The position numbers and the translations under genes were made by a program. Source: Pseudomonadota bacterium (GTDB lineage Bacteria; Pseudomonadota; Gammaproteobacteria; Acidiferrobacterales; Acidiferrobacteraceae). From it: 64,000 nt of DNA. The DNA is taken from the NCBI GenBank assembly GCA_021841585.1, contig JAKBUS010000003.1, positions 3,664 to 67,663 of the forward strand, read 5' to 3'. Below, one piece after another: positions 37,713 to 47,243 of this stretch (its first letter is position 1; every line of letters begins with the position of its first letter). Below the pieces are notes generated by a model. It saw only the letters and a list, made by a program, of their open reading frames with translations. It made no database searches and was not told the origin of the DNA.

Positions 37713-37754
37713 ACGTACGCGGCGGCCTTTTTTGACAAGCGAGGAAATCCGCGC

Positions 37755-38567
37755 ATGAACCATGGCGATTCGCTCAAGGACTACCGCGTCAACCGCGAAC
37801 CCTACTATCGCCCGCAGGCCGACGAGATAGCGCTGTTTACGGCCGCCTATGAAAGGCGACTGCCGGTCATGATCAAGGGGCCGACCGGCTGCGGCAAATC
37901 GCGTTTCGTGGAATACATGGCCTGGCGGCTAGGCAAGCCCTTACTCACGGTGGCCTGCAACGAAGACATGACGGCCGCGGACCTGGTCGGACGCTGGCTG
38001 CTCGATAGCGACGGCACGCGCTGGCAGGACGGACCTCTGACGCAGGCCGCGCGCCATGGGGCCATCTGTTATCTGGATGAGATCGTCGAGGCGCGCCAGG
38101 ACAGCACAGTCGTCATTCATCCGCTCACCGACCATCGCCGCCAGCTGCCGCTGGACAAAAAGGGCGAGCTCATACAGGCGCATCCGGACTTCCAGTTGGT
38201 GATTTCCTACAACCCCGGCTACCAGTCACTGGTAAAAGACCTCAAGCCCTCCACCAAACAGCGATTCACGGCCTTTCGTTTCGACTATCCGCCGGCGGAC
38301 GTGGAGGCCGAGATCCTGGTGCGCGAAGCCGGCGTCGATTCCGAACTCGCATTGCGGCTCATTGGACTCGCTGAGAGCGCACGACGACTGAAGGGCCACG
38401 GACTCGACGAGGGCATATCCACGCGCCTCCTGGTTTATGCCGCCTCCCTCATGGCCGACGGGATCACGGCGAGACACGCCTGCCGCATGGCGCTGGTGGA
38501 CCCGCTGACCGATGACGACGATATCCGCGCCACGCTGGAACACGCCATCGATGCCTTGTTCGGCTGA
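37755..38567 (+). CDS. cbbQ: RuBisCO activase subunit CbbQ (MoxR-type AAA+ ATPase)
   Basis: MNHGDSLKDYRVNREPYYRP ... Walker A IKGPTGCGKSRFVEYMA ... Walker B ICYLDEIVEA. The in-frame upstream part of the 37458 ORF overlaps cbbM and is P/R/S-rich. Confidence 0.9.
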   Translation: MNHGDSLKDYRVNREPYYRPQADEIALFTAAYERRLPVMIKGPTGCGKSRFVEYMAWRLGKPLLTVACNEDMTAADLVGRWLLDSDGTRWQDGPLTQAARHGAICYLDEIVEARQDSTVVIHPLTDHRRQLPLDKKGELIQAHPDFQLVISYNPGYQSLVKDLKPSTKQRFTAFRFDYPPADVEAEILVREAGVDSELALRLIGLAESARRLKGHGLDEGISTRLLVYAASLMADGITARHACRMALVDPLTDDDDIRATLEHAIDALFG

Positions 38568-40833
38568 TCCCGGCACGGCGGCCCCGACCACGCCGTCCCA
38601 GGACGGCATCGACTACTGGCGGCAGCGCCTCGATTGCGCCTTCGCGCCCGTGCAATCAATGTTCGCCGACCGCCTGCAGGCCGCACGAGCGTGTCTCGGC
38701 GAGGCCGACCTTGCCGCCTACATCGAGGCCGCGCGCCTTCTTTGCAAGCTGGGGCGCGGGGCGCCGCCGGTACTGGCCTTTCTGGAGGCGTGGCCGGCCG
38801 TTGCCGTGCGCCTCGGCCCTCAGCACCTCGAGGCCGTCATGATCTGGGTGCGGCAAATCCAACGCACGCCCAACGGCGATGTCCTCGGCATGTTCTTCGA
38901 GACACTCCCGGCGGTGGCCGACGCCCTGGGTCGTGATACGCCGCTTTCGGATTACCTCGACCTCCTGGCGGAGGTGGCAAAACGCAGCACCGCCTCCATC
39001 CATGGCCGGCACGCGATCCTTCCGAGCCACGCCTTGCCCGAGCTCATACGCGCGGCACCAGAACGGCTGCGGCAGGTGCGCCTCGAGGGTCTGCGGACAT
39101 GGGTGAAGCATGGCCTGCGGCATTACGCCGGACACCCGCAGCGGCAGGCCGATTACCTAGCGATGCGCCTGGCTGACAGCCGAGCGATATTCCAGGGCCA
39201 GCGCGGCGGTACCCTGTTGCGCGCGCACGAACGCCAGATGGATCTGTACCTGCGCGCCTGCTGGGATGACCCGGTGCCGATCATCGCCTACTCCGAGGCC
39301 TTCGACACGCTGCGCAAGCCGCAGCCCCACGCCGACGCCCTCGGTCTGCACCTCCCCGACCTATGCGCGGACCGCCCTGGCGTGCGCGGTCCCGATCAAT
39401 ATCGGCTGATGGTGGCGCACCTCGCCGCCCACCGGCGCTTTACTCAAGCCCTGATCGGAGACAACTGGAGCCCGTTTCAGCGCCTTGCCATCGAATGCCT
39501 GGAGGATGCGCGCATCGATACCTTGCTCATGCGCCGCTTCCCCGGTCTGCGCAGGCCGCTGCTTGCGCTCCACCCCCGCCCTCGGGAAGGGGCCTGCGAC
39601 CCCGCGCGAGAATCTTGCATTCGCCATCGCCTGGCGATGCTCTCGCGCGCCATCCTGGACCCTGAACATGACTACCATGACCCCCTCCTGCGGAAATTCG
39701 TCGACGACTTCCATGAGCGGCTCGCCCATGGCGACGGCGACACCCAGGGGATGGCGGCCCTGGCCACCGAATACATCATTCAAACCCGGCGGCCCAGCGA
39801 CGCCCTCGCCAGCGTCCACTTCGCGGATACCGAGGTGCCATACCGCGATGACAACCGTCACCTATGGCGCTTCATCGATGCGGGCGAGGAGAGTGACGAT
39901 GCCGCCCCGGCGCCGGCGATGGCGCTGGCCGCGGCGATCATCCACCACTACCCGGAATGGGATTACACGGCCCGAGACTATCTCCCCGACCACGTCACCC
40001 TGCACGAACGTCTCCATGCGCGCGGCCCCGCCGACGAGATCGAGCGCCTCTTGCAGAAAAATGCCGTGCTGGCGAGACGCCTGACGCGCATCTTGGACCA
40101 GATCAAGCCCCAGGACCGCGAGCGGCTGCGCCGCCAGGAGGACGGCGCCGAACTGGACCTCGACTGGGCCCTGCGTTCCTGGATCGACTATCGCTGCCGC
40201 CGGACCATCGACCAGCGCATCAACCAGGACTTTCGTCACGCCAGACGGGATGTCGCGGTAAGCCTACTTCTTGATCTTTCGGCCTCTCTCCAGGACCCCA
40301 TACACGGCGGCCGCGCCGATCAGACCGTCTTGTCCCTGGCGCAGGAGGCGGTGACCCTGCTGGCCTGGGCCATCGACCGGTTGGGCGACCCGTTTGCCAT
40401 CGCCGGATTCCATTCCAATACCCGCCATGATGCCCGGTTCTGGCATATCAAGGGGTTTTCGGAGGCCTGGGGTGACGAGGTCCGCGGCCGGCTCGCGGCC
40501 TTGCAGGCCGGCTACTCCACGCGCATGGGGGTCGCGCTGCGGCACGCCGGGCACTATCTCGCGCAGCCCCGAAAAGACAAGCGCCTGCTGCTCGTGCTCA
40601 CCGACGGCCAGCCCGCGGACCTCGACGTGAGCGATCCGGAGTACCTCATCGCCGATACACGGCAGGCGGTGCGGGAACTGGAACGGCAGGGAATCTACTG
40701 CCACTGCATCAGCCTCGATGCCCGCGCCGACGACTACGTCCGGCGGATCTTCGGCCAACAGTTCAGTATCATCGATCGCATCGAACGCCTGCCCGAAAGG
40801 CTTCCCGAGATCTTCCTCACCCTCACCGCTTAA
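38551..40833 (+). CDS. cbbO: RuBisCO activase adaptor CbbO (von Willebrand factor A domain protein)
   Basis: About 760 aa. The C-terminal VWA domain has the MIDAS motif LLLDLSAS ... TRMG ... LLLVLTDGQPAD. The start is uncertain: ATG 38551 overlaps cbbQ by 17 nt and ATG 38512 overlaps it by 56 nt. Confidence 0.85.
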   Translation: MPCSADPGTAAPTTPSQDGIDYWRQRLDCAFAPVQSMFADRLQAARACLGEADLAAYIEAARLLCKLGRGAPPVLAFLEAWPAVAVRLGPQHLEAVMIWVRQIQRTPNGDVLGMFFETLPAVADALGRDTPLSDYLDLLAEVAKRSTASIHGRHAILPSHALPELIRAAPERLRQVRLEGLRTWVKHGLRHYAGHPQRQADYLAMRLADSRAIFQGQRGGTLLRAHERQMDLYLRACWDDPVPIIAYSEAFDTLRKPQPHADALGLHLPDLCADRPGVRGPDQYRLMVAHLAAHRRFTQALIGDNWSPFQRLAIECLEDARIDTLLMRRFPGLRRPLLALHPRPREGACDPARESCIRHRLAMLSRAILDPEHDYHDPLLRKFVDDFHERLAHGDGDTQGMAALATEYIIQTRRPSDALASVHFADTEVPYRDDNRHLWRFIDAGEESDDAAPAPAMALAAAIIHHYPEWDYTARDYLPDHVTLHERLHARGPADEIERLLQKNAVLARRLTRILDQIKPQDRERLRRQEDGAELDLDWALRSWIDYRCRRTIDQRINQDFRHARRDVAVSLLLDLSASLQDPIHGGRADQTVLSLAQEAVTLLAWAIDRLGDPFAIAGFHSNTRHDARFWHIKGFSEAWGDEVRGRLAALQAGYSTRMGVALRHAGHYLAQPRKDKRLLLVLTDGQPADLDVSDPEYLIADTRQAVRELERQGIYCHCISLDARADDYVRRIFGQQFSIIDRIERLPERLPEIFLTLTA

Positions 40834-40895
40834 AGTGACCGCGGCTGGGAATCTTCGGCGAAGCCCCCGCGGCGGCCCGGTGCATACCCTTTGCG

Positions 40896-42779
40896 CTAGG
40901 GGCGGGTCGCCATGCGTGCCGGACCGTCGCACGGCGCTTGCGCGAGCCCTATCGTGTCCCTCAAGGCCTCCGCCAATCCCGCCTCGTCATCCCGGGCGCA
41001 CAAGGCGCGCAGGCGATCCAGTCCGCGGGCGAAGCCCGCCGGGTCGGCGCAGCTCCCCGGGGTGACACGGATCTTCGGGTGCGCGGTCGCAAGCAGCGCC
41101 TCATCGGCATAAAACAATTCCTCGTAGAGCTTCTCGCCGGGCCTAAGCCCCGTATAAACGATCTCGATATCCTGCCCGGGCCGTTTGCCGGACAGCAGGA
41201 TCAGCTGCTCGGCGAGGTAGCCTATGCGCACAGGCTCGCCCATGTCGAGGACGAAGATCTCCCCGCCCTCGCCTATGACACTCGACTGCAAGATGAGTCC
41301 GCAGGCCTCGGGGATGGTCATGAAGTAGCGGGTGATATCACGGTGCGTGACCGTGACCGGCCCGCCGCTTGCGATCTGCGCCTTGAACAGCGGGATGACG
41401 CTGCCCGCCGAGCCCAGGACGTTGCCAAAGCGCACGATGAGGAACCGTGTCCGCGAGCGCGCGTTCATGTCCTGGCAGAGGATCTCGGCCGCGCGTTTCG
41501 TGGCGCCCATGATATTGGAGGGGTTTACCGCCTTATCGGTCGATATGAGCAGAAAGACCCCGCACCCATGCCGGTCGGCGGCGGCCGCCAAGGTCTCGGT
41601 CCCGAACACATTGTTCAAGACCGCGGCGCGGCTTTGACCTTCCAGCATCGGCACATGCTTGTAGGCGGCCGCATGAAAGATCACGTCGGGCCGCTCGCGC
41701 CCAAGGGTACGGTCCACGAGCACGGTATCGCGGACATCGCCCAATACCGGCAGCAGCGAGAGACCGGCATGATCGCGACGCAGCTCGAGCTCGATATTGT
41801 AGAGATTGAACTCGCTGCGTTCGAACAGGATCAGCCGGCGCGGCGCAAGGCAGGCGATTTGCCGACACAACTCCGACCCTATGGAACCGCCGGCCCCCGA
41901 TACCAGCACCGTCTTGCCGCCCACGCCGGCTGCGATCTCGGCTTGATGCAAGAGCACCGGTTCACGGCCGAGGAGATCCTCGATGCGTACCTCGCGCAAT
42001 TCCTGGACGGCGACCTGACCGTCCACCACGCTCTGGAGGCCGGGAAGGATGCGAAACGGGCGGCCGCTGCGCTCGCAGAGCTCCACGAGCCGGCGCATGC
42101 GGCTGGCCTTGGCCTCGGTGACCGCGATAAACACGATATCGACCTCGAGGCGCCAGGCCACCTCCGGCAGCTGGCCGCAATCTGCGACCACCGGCACCCC
42201 CTGGATCTCCTGGCCGATGCGTCGCGGATTATCGTCCACGAACGCCACCGGCCGGAAACCGATACTCGAATCCCGCAGAAGATCGCGGACCAGCATCTCC
42301 CCCGCGCGCCCGGCGCCGGCGATCAGCGCCTTCTTGCCCGCGGCATGGTACAACCCGCGGTCCTTGAAGAGCCTGTAGAAGAATCGCGGGCCGCCAAGCA
42401 GCATGGTGAGCAGCAGCCCATCCAGGACGAAGGCCGAACGCGGCACCCACATAAGCCGTACCCATAGGAACAGCACGAAGGCGCTGGCCACGGTGCCGGC
42501 CACTATGGCCTTGAAGATGCGCAGGAGATCGGGGACCGAGGCAAAGCGCCACAGGCCACGGTAGAGCCCCATGCCCCAGAAAACGAGCCCTTGAACGATG
42601 AGGATCGCCGGCAAGACCCTAAGGCCTTGCCGCCAAAAGACATGCGGGACGTAGCCCATGTTGAAGCGCAGCCAATAGGCCCCGAGCCACGCGAACGCAA
42701 TCGCGACCAGGTCGTGCGTCACGACCGCCCAGCGCCCGATCGGCGCCTTAACGCGCGTCCTTGCCAGAAATCTGCCCAT
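40896..42779 (-). CDS. Membrane-anchored nucleotide-sugar 4,6-dehydratase/epimerase (WbpM/CapD/PglF-like)
   Basis: Four N-terminal TM helices, two Rossmann motifs (ALIAGAGRAGEMLV; VLVSGAGGSIGSEL) and a YKHV-type catalytic region (AAAYKHVPMLE). The start could be 42779 or 42818. Confidence 0.85.
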   Translation of the reverse strand: MGRFLARTRVKAPIGRWAVVTHDLVAIAFAWLGAYWLRFNMGYVPHVFWRQGLRVLPAILIVQGLVFWGMGLYRGLWRFASVPDLLRIFKAIVAGTVASAFVLFLWVRLMWVPRSAFVLDGLLLTMLLGGPRFFYRLFKDRGLYHAAGKKALIAGAGRAGEMLVRDLLRDSSIGFRPVAFVDDNPRRIGQEIQGVPVVADCGQLPEVAWRLEVDIVFIAVTEAKASRMRRLVELCERSGRPFRILPGLQSVVDGQVAVQELREVRIEDLLGREPVLLHQAEIAAGVGGKTVLVSGAGGSIGSELCRQIACLAPRRLILFERSEFNLYNIELELRRDHAGLSLLPVLGDVRDTVLVDRTLGRERPDVIFHAAAYKHVPMLEGQSRAAVLNNVFGTETLAAAADRHGCGVFLLISTDKAVNPSNIMGATKRAAEILCQDMNARSRTRFLIVRFGNVLGSAGSVIPLFKAQIASGGPVTVTHRDITRYFMTIPEACGLILQSSVIGEGGEIFVLDMGEPVRIGYLAEQLILLSGKRPGQDIEIVYTGLRPGEKLYEELFYADEALLATAHPKIRVTPGSCADPAGFARGLDRLRALCARDDEAGLAEALRDTIGLAQAPCDGPARMATRP

Positions 42780-43785
42780 GCCCCTCCCGCCACCGCACCA
42801 GGGCGGCCAATGCACCATAAAGAACCGCCAGAGCGGCGATTATAGCCCATTGCACCGGCACCGACGCCCAGGCCCCCGCATAGGCCGACAGGCCGCAGAT
42901 CGCCATCAGGCCATACTCCCCAAGGACGGTGCGACGATGGGATAGGCCGGCGCGCACGAGGCGCTGATAATAATGCCCGCGATGGGCGGCCGTGAGGCGC
43001 TCGCCGCGTATCGCCCTTTTCAAGAGCGTCACGGTGGCATCGACCAGGAATGGCGAAAACACCACAAGGCCGGCCCACAATGGGAAATCGCCGCGCGCCG
43101 GGCCTGCAAGGATCATGATCCCGGCGGCAAACCCGAGCGTGGTGGCGCCCATGTCCCCCATGAACAGCCGCGCCGGCGGAAAGTTGGCCACCGTAAACCC
43201 GAGGGCCGCGGACGCCACCGCGAGCGCGGTCCCGGCATAGGCCAAGTCATGGGCGCGATAGCCGAGCGCGGCCAAAGCGCCAAAACCAAAGACCGCCATG
43301 CCGCCCGCGAAGCCATCCATGCCATCCATGAAGTTGTAGAGATTGATCCACCACACGAGAAAGAGTGTGGTGACGAGCACCATGAGGGGGGTATCGAGGG
43401 GGATTGCGATGCCCGGCAACCATGCAACGGGCAGCCGGATCGCGGCGACCGCCACCGTCAGCGCGGCAGCGATATGCACCGCCAGGCGCAGGCGCGGGCT
43501 TAAGCCCTTGCGATCGTCGTACCACGACAATAGCGCCACCGCGAGGACTGCGGCGGCCACGACCAGGCCTGCGCGCGTGGCATCCCAGGAAAGCCCAAAG
43601 GCCGCCACCAGAAGCCCACAGGCGATCGCGAGCCCGCCGGTGCGCGGTACCGGCCGGTCATGGAGCGAGCGCTCATTAGGCCAGTCGAGGACCTGCCAGG
43701 GGTTGCGCGGATGGGCGAGCAGCCAGCAGGCCAGCCATGCGACGCCCGCCCCGGCGGCGTCCATAAACCACGGCCAAGGGCTCAC
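42748..43785 (-). CDS. Polyprenyl-phosphate HexNAc-1-phosphate transferase (GT4, MraY/WecA/WbpL family)
   Basis: Polytopic membrane protein with DWPNERSLHDRPVPRTGGLAI and NLYNFMDGMDG motifs. The GTG at 43785 forms a GTGA overlap with the upstream GT2 stop. The longer ORF (to 43977) is R/P/H-rich. Confidence 0.8.
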   Translation of the reverse strand: MSPWPWFMDAAGAGVAWLACWLLAHPRNPWQVLDWPNERSLHDRPVPRTGGLAIACGLLVAAFGLSWDATRAGLVVAAAVLAVALLSWYDDRKGLSPRLRLAVHIAAALTVAVAAIRLPVAWLPGIAIPLDTPLMVLVTTLFLVWWINLYNFMDGMDGFAGGMAVFGFGALAALGYRAHDLAYAGTALAVASAALGFTVANFPPARLFMGDMGATTLGFAAGIMILAGPARGDFPLWAGLVVFSPFLVDATVTLLKRAIRGERLTAAHRGHYYQRLVRAGLSHRRTVLGEYGLMAICGLSAYAGAWASVPVQWAIIAALAVLYGALAALVRWREGHGQISGKDAR

Positions 43786-44543
43786 AGGGGGCGTGCGCGG
43801 CGTGCGCGCACTCGCCGGTAGGCGGCCGATCGGAAGAAGCGCAGCGCGCTTCGGACATGCCACAAGAGATAACGCGGGCGACGGTGGGAGGTGCGCTGAG
43901 CGTCGTGAATGATCACGGTGTCGGTGGCCACCGCCACCCGCAGCCCGGCAAGACTCAACCGGCAGCATAGATCGCAATCCTCGTAATAGAGGTGATAGCC
44001 GGGATCGAAACCACCGACCGCCCGGAAGGTGGCGGTCCTGAACGCCATGAACATCCCCGCCGCCCAGTCGCCACCCCTGTCCGCTGGACGCCCCCCGGCG
44101 ATGAGCCGGCGCAGCGCGCCAAGCGGCGTCGGCCAGGATCGCAGGCTGTCTTGCTCGTCGCCCGCGCCCCCGACCACGAGCGGCACCGCCACCCCCACGT
44201 CGGGGTCCGAGAGCTGCGCGACCAAGGACGGAAACGGATCACTTTTCAGGCGCACGTCGGGGTTCACGACACAAAAGATATCGGAGGGTACGATCTTCAC
44301 GGCGGCGTTATGGTTGGCGGCGAAGCCACGCGCGACGGTGTTGCGCACAATCGTGACGGGAAACGAAGGCGCGAGGTCCGCAAGGGCCTCGGGCTTGTTG
44401 ACGGTCAACACGACGTGCACGGGCGTGCGGCACACGGCCGCGATATCCGAGAATAAATCCGCGATGAGCGCGCCCTGTCCGTGGCTTACCACCGACACCA
44501 CGACACGCGGCGCGCCGCAGGCGGCGTCCTCGTTCACGACCAT
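43782..44543 (-). CDS. Family 2 glycosyltransferase
   Basis: VVVSVVSHGQGALI ... NTVARGFAANHN ... VVNPDVRL ... MFMAFRTATFRAVGGFDPGYHLYYEDCDLCCR is the GT-A fold with a DxD-type region. The start is taken at MVVNED (44543). Confidence 0.75.
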   Translation of the reverse strand: MVVNEDAACGAPRVVVSVVSHGQGALIADLFSDIAAVCRTPVHVVLTVNKPEALADLAPSFPVTIVRNTVARGFAANHNAAVKIVPSDIFCVVNPDVRLKSDPFPSLVAQLSDPDVGVAVPLVVGGAGDEQDSLRSWPTPLGALRRLIAGGRPADRGGDWAAGMFMAFRTATFRAVGGFDPGYHLYYEDCDLCCRLSLAGLRVAVATDTVIIHDAQRTSHRRPRYLLWHVRSALRFFRSAAYRRVRARRARPL

Positions 44544-45445
44544 GCCCCGCGCATGCCGCGCGATGCCACCATCGCGGCGATCCCCGACGCCAGCGTATGA
44601 TCCGGGGCCATCCCGAGATCCTCCCACACGCGCCGGTCCTCGCTCGTGCACGATGCCATAAGCGGCGCAAGCCCCTCGCTGTCCCATGGACACCGGCGGC
44701 CGGTCAAGCGCGCCACCCGGTCGCCGAACCGCGCCACCGCCGGCAGCACGCTCTCGGGCAGGGCGTAACGAGCCTGCGGGCGGCCGACAGCGGCCCTCAT
44801 GAGATCATAGATGTCCCGCACGGTATAAGAAGCGCCGTCGGTCACGGTATACACGGCATCGCGCGCGCGATGCGCCAACAACGCCACCAGCACGCGAACC
44901 AGGTCGTCGCGATGCACGAGGCTGCGGCGCGCGCCCCCGGAGGGCACCGGCAGGGGCCAAGGGAGATCCGCCATGCGCAGCAGACGCTCGAGGTTGCCGC
45001 GCATGCCGACGCCGTACACGAGCGCCGGACGCACGATCGCAACCGACGGCAGGCCGCAGGCGCGCACCATGTCCTCGCCCATGCGGCGGCTCTCGGCGTA
45101 GGCATCGCGCGCGCACTCCACCTTGATGCTGCTCACGAACACGAATTGCGCGACCCCCGCGTCGCGGGCCTCGGCCAGTAGCGTCCGGGTACCGGCGACC
45201 GTGACTGCCTGGTGCTCCTTGGCGGCGGCGCGGGTGTGGGCGACGCCCGCGAGATGGATGACCGCATCGCAAGCGTCGCACACGCCCGCCAGAGAGGCCG
45301 GCACGGTAAGATCCGCCTGCCGCCAATCCCTCATTGCCGGACCCGCGCCGCGCCCCACGCCGCGCACCGCGTGACCGGCAGCCTCCAGGGCTGGGATCAG
45401 GGCAGCGCCGATGAAGCCGCGAGCCCCGGTCACAAGCACGCGCAT
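44534..45445 (-). CDS. NAD-dependent sugar epimerase/dehydratase (SDR-extended)
   Basis: MRVLVTGARGFIGAAL (Rossmann) and a YAESRRMGE-type YxxxK-like region. The upstream 20 codons of the ORF are discounted. Confidence 0.75.
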   Translation of the reverse strand: MRVLVTGARGFIGAALIPALEAAGHAVRGVGRGAGPAMRDWRQADLTVPASLAGVCDACDAVIHLAGVAHTRAAAKEHQAVTVAGTRTLLAEARDAGVAQFVFVSSIKVECARDAYAESRRMGEDMVRACGLPSVAIVRPALVYGVGMRGNLERLLRMADLPWPLPVPSGGARRSLVHRDDLVRVLVALLAHRARDAVYTVTDGASYTVRDIYDLMRAAVGRPQARYALPESVLPAVARFGDRVARLTGRRCPWDSEGLAPLMASCTSEDRRVWEDLGMAPDHTLASGIAAMVASRGMRGAWS

Positions 45446-45455
45446 GCCGCCCCCC

Positions 45456-47243
45456 TCACGCCGCCGGGTTCGCGGCCAGCGGTCCACGCTCCTGAAAGAA
45501 TGCATGCTCGCGCGCGAGCTCCGCGAAGGCCCCGCGCGCCATGACGCGCCCGCCCTCGAGCAGCACCACCTGATCGCAGCACGCCACCGTGCTCAGGCGG
45601 TGCGCGATCACGATCAGGGTCTTGTGCCCGGCGAGTGCTGTGATCGCCGCGGTAAGATCGGCCTCGGTGGGTCCATCGAGGGCCGAGGTCGCCTCGTCCA
45701 AAACGAGGATGGCCGGATCGTGGTACAGGGCGCGGGCGATGCCGAGCCGCTGGCGCTGCCCCCCCGATAGCCGCGCGCCACGATCACCGACCTCGGTATC
45801 GATGCCGGCGGGGAGCTCGGCCACGAAATGCATGAGTTGCGCGGTCTTCAGTGCGCGCACCACCGCCTTGCGGTCGATCTCATCTTCGGCGACACCGAAT
45901 GCGACATTGGCGGCCACTGTATCGTCCGCGAGATAGACCTGCTGGGGCACATAGCCGATCTGCCGCCGCCACGCCTTCATGCCCCCCGGACCGAGCGGCT
46001 CACCATCCACGAGCACATCGCCGTTACCCTGCAAGAGTCCCAGGAGGACATCGGCGAGCGTGCTCTTGCCGGCCCCCGACGGTCCCACGAACGCCACCGA
46101 CGAACCCTTGGCAATAGTAAGATCGACGCCGGCGAGCGCCTGACGGCCGCTACCCGGATAGGAATAGCTAAAGCCGCACAAGGTGATCTCACGGCTAAAC
46201 GGCACGGCGGCGAGCGCCCCGTCGTCGGAAGGCGGCGCGACCTCGGTGAGCGCCTGCGCGACGATGGCGATGGTCGCGCGGTTGAAGCGTATCGACATCG
46301 CCGCGTTCAACATCTTGCTGAGCGACGGCATGAGCCGGAACACTGCCATGGCATACATGGCCATGAGCGGAATGGCGGCCTGTGGCTGGCGGAGGATCCA
46401 CTCGGCGTACAGGAGGATGCCGATCAGGCCGGCAAACGCCAGGCCTTCGATGGCAAGACGCGGCATGTGCGCGGTGACCATCTGTGCCGCGCTCGCCTCG
46501 CTGTAGCGGCGCGTGGCCTGCTCGTGCTGTGACAGGAGCCGGTCCTGGCGGTCCAGGACGGTGAGATCCTTGATCGCCGAAAGCCCGGTCGCCGCGTGCC
46601 GAAACATCGATGCGAGCGCGTCCTGGCGGACACGCCCGAGGCGTTCGCTCCGCGCGCGCGTGGCACGGAATACGATTACGAACGCGGCGCCCAGGACCAC
46701 GCCGATGGTGAGCGTGAGGCCCGGACTCACCGCCACCAAAAGCACGAACACCGCGAATGACACCACCAACTCACTCACGAGTTGCAGGCCCGGCAACAAC
46801 ACGCCGTCCGTCAGGATCGGGATCTCACCCCGCACGTTCTTCAACAGATCGGTGCTGTTGCGCGCCAAATGAAAGGCGTAGGGAGCGGCCATGTAGCCCG
46901 CCAGCAGACGGTCGGCGAGGTCCTTTTGCAGCCGGTAGAGAAAGCCGAACTGGCGGCGGTAGCCGCGCGAGACGACCACCGCCTTGGCGCCTATGATCGC
47001 AAGCAGCATGAGCGCGAGCGCCACCGCGAATTCCCGTCCCGACGAGATCCCGAGAAAGCGCTCCACGGTGCGCACGGCGGGCATGGCCATGATGTGGTGC
47101 GGATCCACAAGAAACATCGCCACCGGCAGGACTACGCCCACGCCCAACATCTCGAAACCCGACGTAACCACCATCCAGGCGAAAATCCTGATTGCCTCGC
47201 GGCGCTCGCTTGGCCGCAAGATACGCCATAACGTCCTCATCAT
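45456..47243 (-). CDS. ABC exporter, fused permease/ATPase (MsbA/PglK-like half transporter)
   Basis: Six N-terminal TM helices. Walker A GPSGAGKST, signature LSGGQRQRL, Walker B ILVLDEATSALD, H-loop IAHRL. Confidence 0.85.
   Translation of the reverse strand: MMRTLWRILRPSERREAIRIFAWMVVTSGFEMLGVGVVLPVAMFLVDPHHIMAMPAVRTVERFLGISSGREFAVALALMLLAIIGAKAVVVSRGYRRQFGFLYRLQKDLADRLLAGYMAAPYAFHLARNSTDLLKNVRGEIPILTDGVLLPGLQLVSELVVSFAVFVLLVAVSPGLTLTIGVVLGAAFVIVFRATRARSERLGRVRQDALASMFRHAATGLSAIKDLTVLDRQDRLLSQHEQATRRYSEASAAQMVTAHMPRLAIEGLAFAGLIGILLYAEWILRQPQAAIPLMAMYAMAVFRLMPSLSKMLNAAMSIRFNRATIAIVAQALTEVAPPSDDGALAAVPFSREITLCGFSYSYPGSGRQALAGVDLTIAKGSSVAFVGPSGAGKSTLADVLLGLLQGNGDVLVDGEPLGPGGMKAWRRQIGYVPQQVYLADDTVAANVAFGVAEDEIDRKAVVRALKTAQLMHFVAELPAGIDTEVGDRGARLSGGQRQRLGIARALYHDPAILVLDEATSALDGPTEADLTAAITALAGHKTLIVIAHRLSTVACCDQVVLLEGGRVMARGAFAELAREHAFFQERGPLAANPAA

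Noticed and set aside
36251-37777. 508-aa minus-strand ORF covering the RuBisCO gene
   Set aside because: It is antisense to cbbM, whose identity is certain. The translation is G/A/V/R/D-rich and low in complexity, with no motifs. High-GC artefact.
40834-40895. Imperfect hairpin (CCGCGG ... CTTCGGCGAAG ... CCGCGG) between convergent cbbO and the dehydratase gene as a terminator
   Set aside because: The stem is interrupted, there is no U tract on either strand, and CCGCGG is self-complementary, which makes apparent pairing trivial. The evidence is too weak to call.
40938-42467. 509-aa plus-strand ORF
   Set aside because: It is antisense to the WbpM/CapD-like dehydratase. The composition is biased (R/A/G/D/H/L) and nothing is recognisable.
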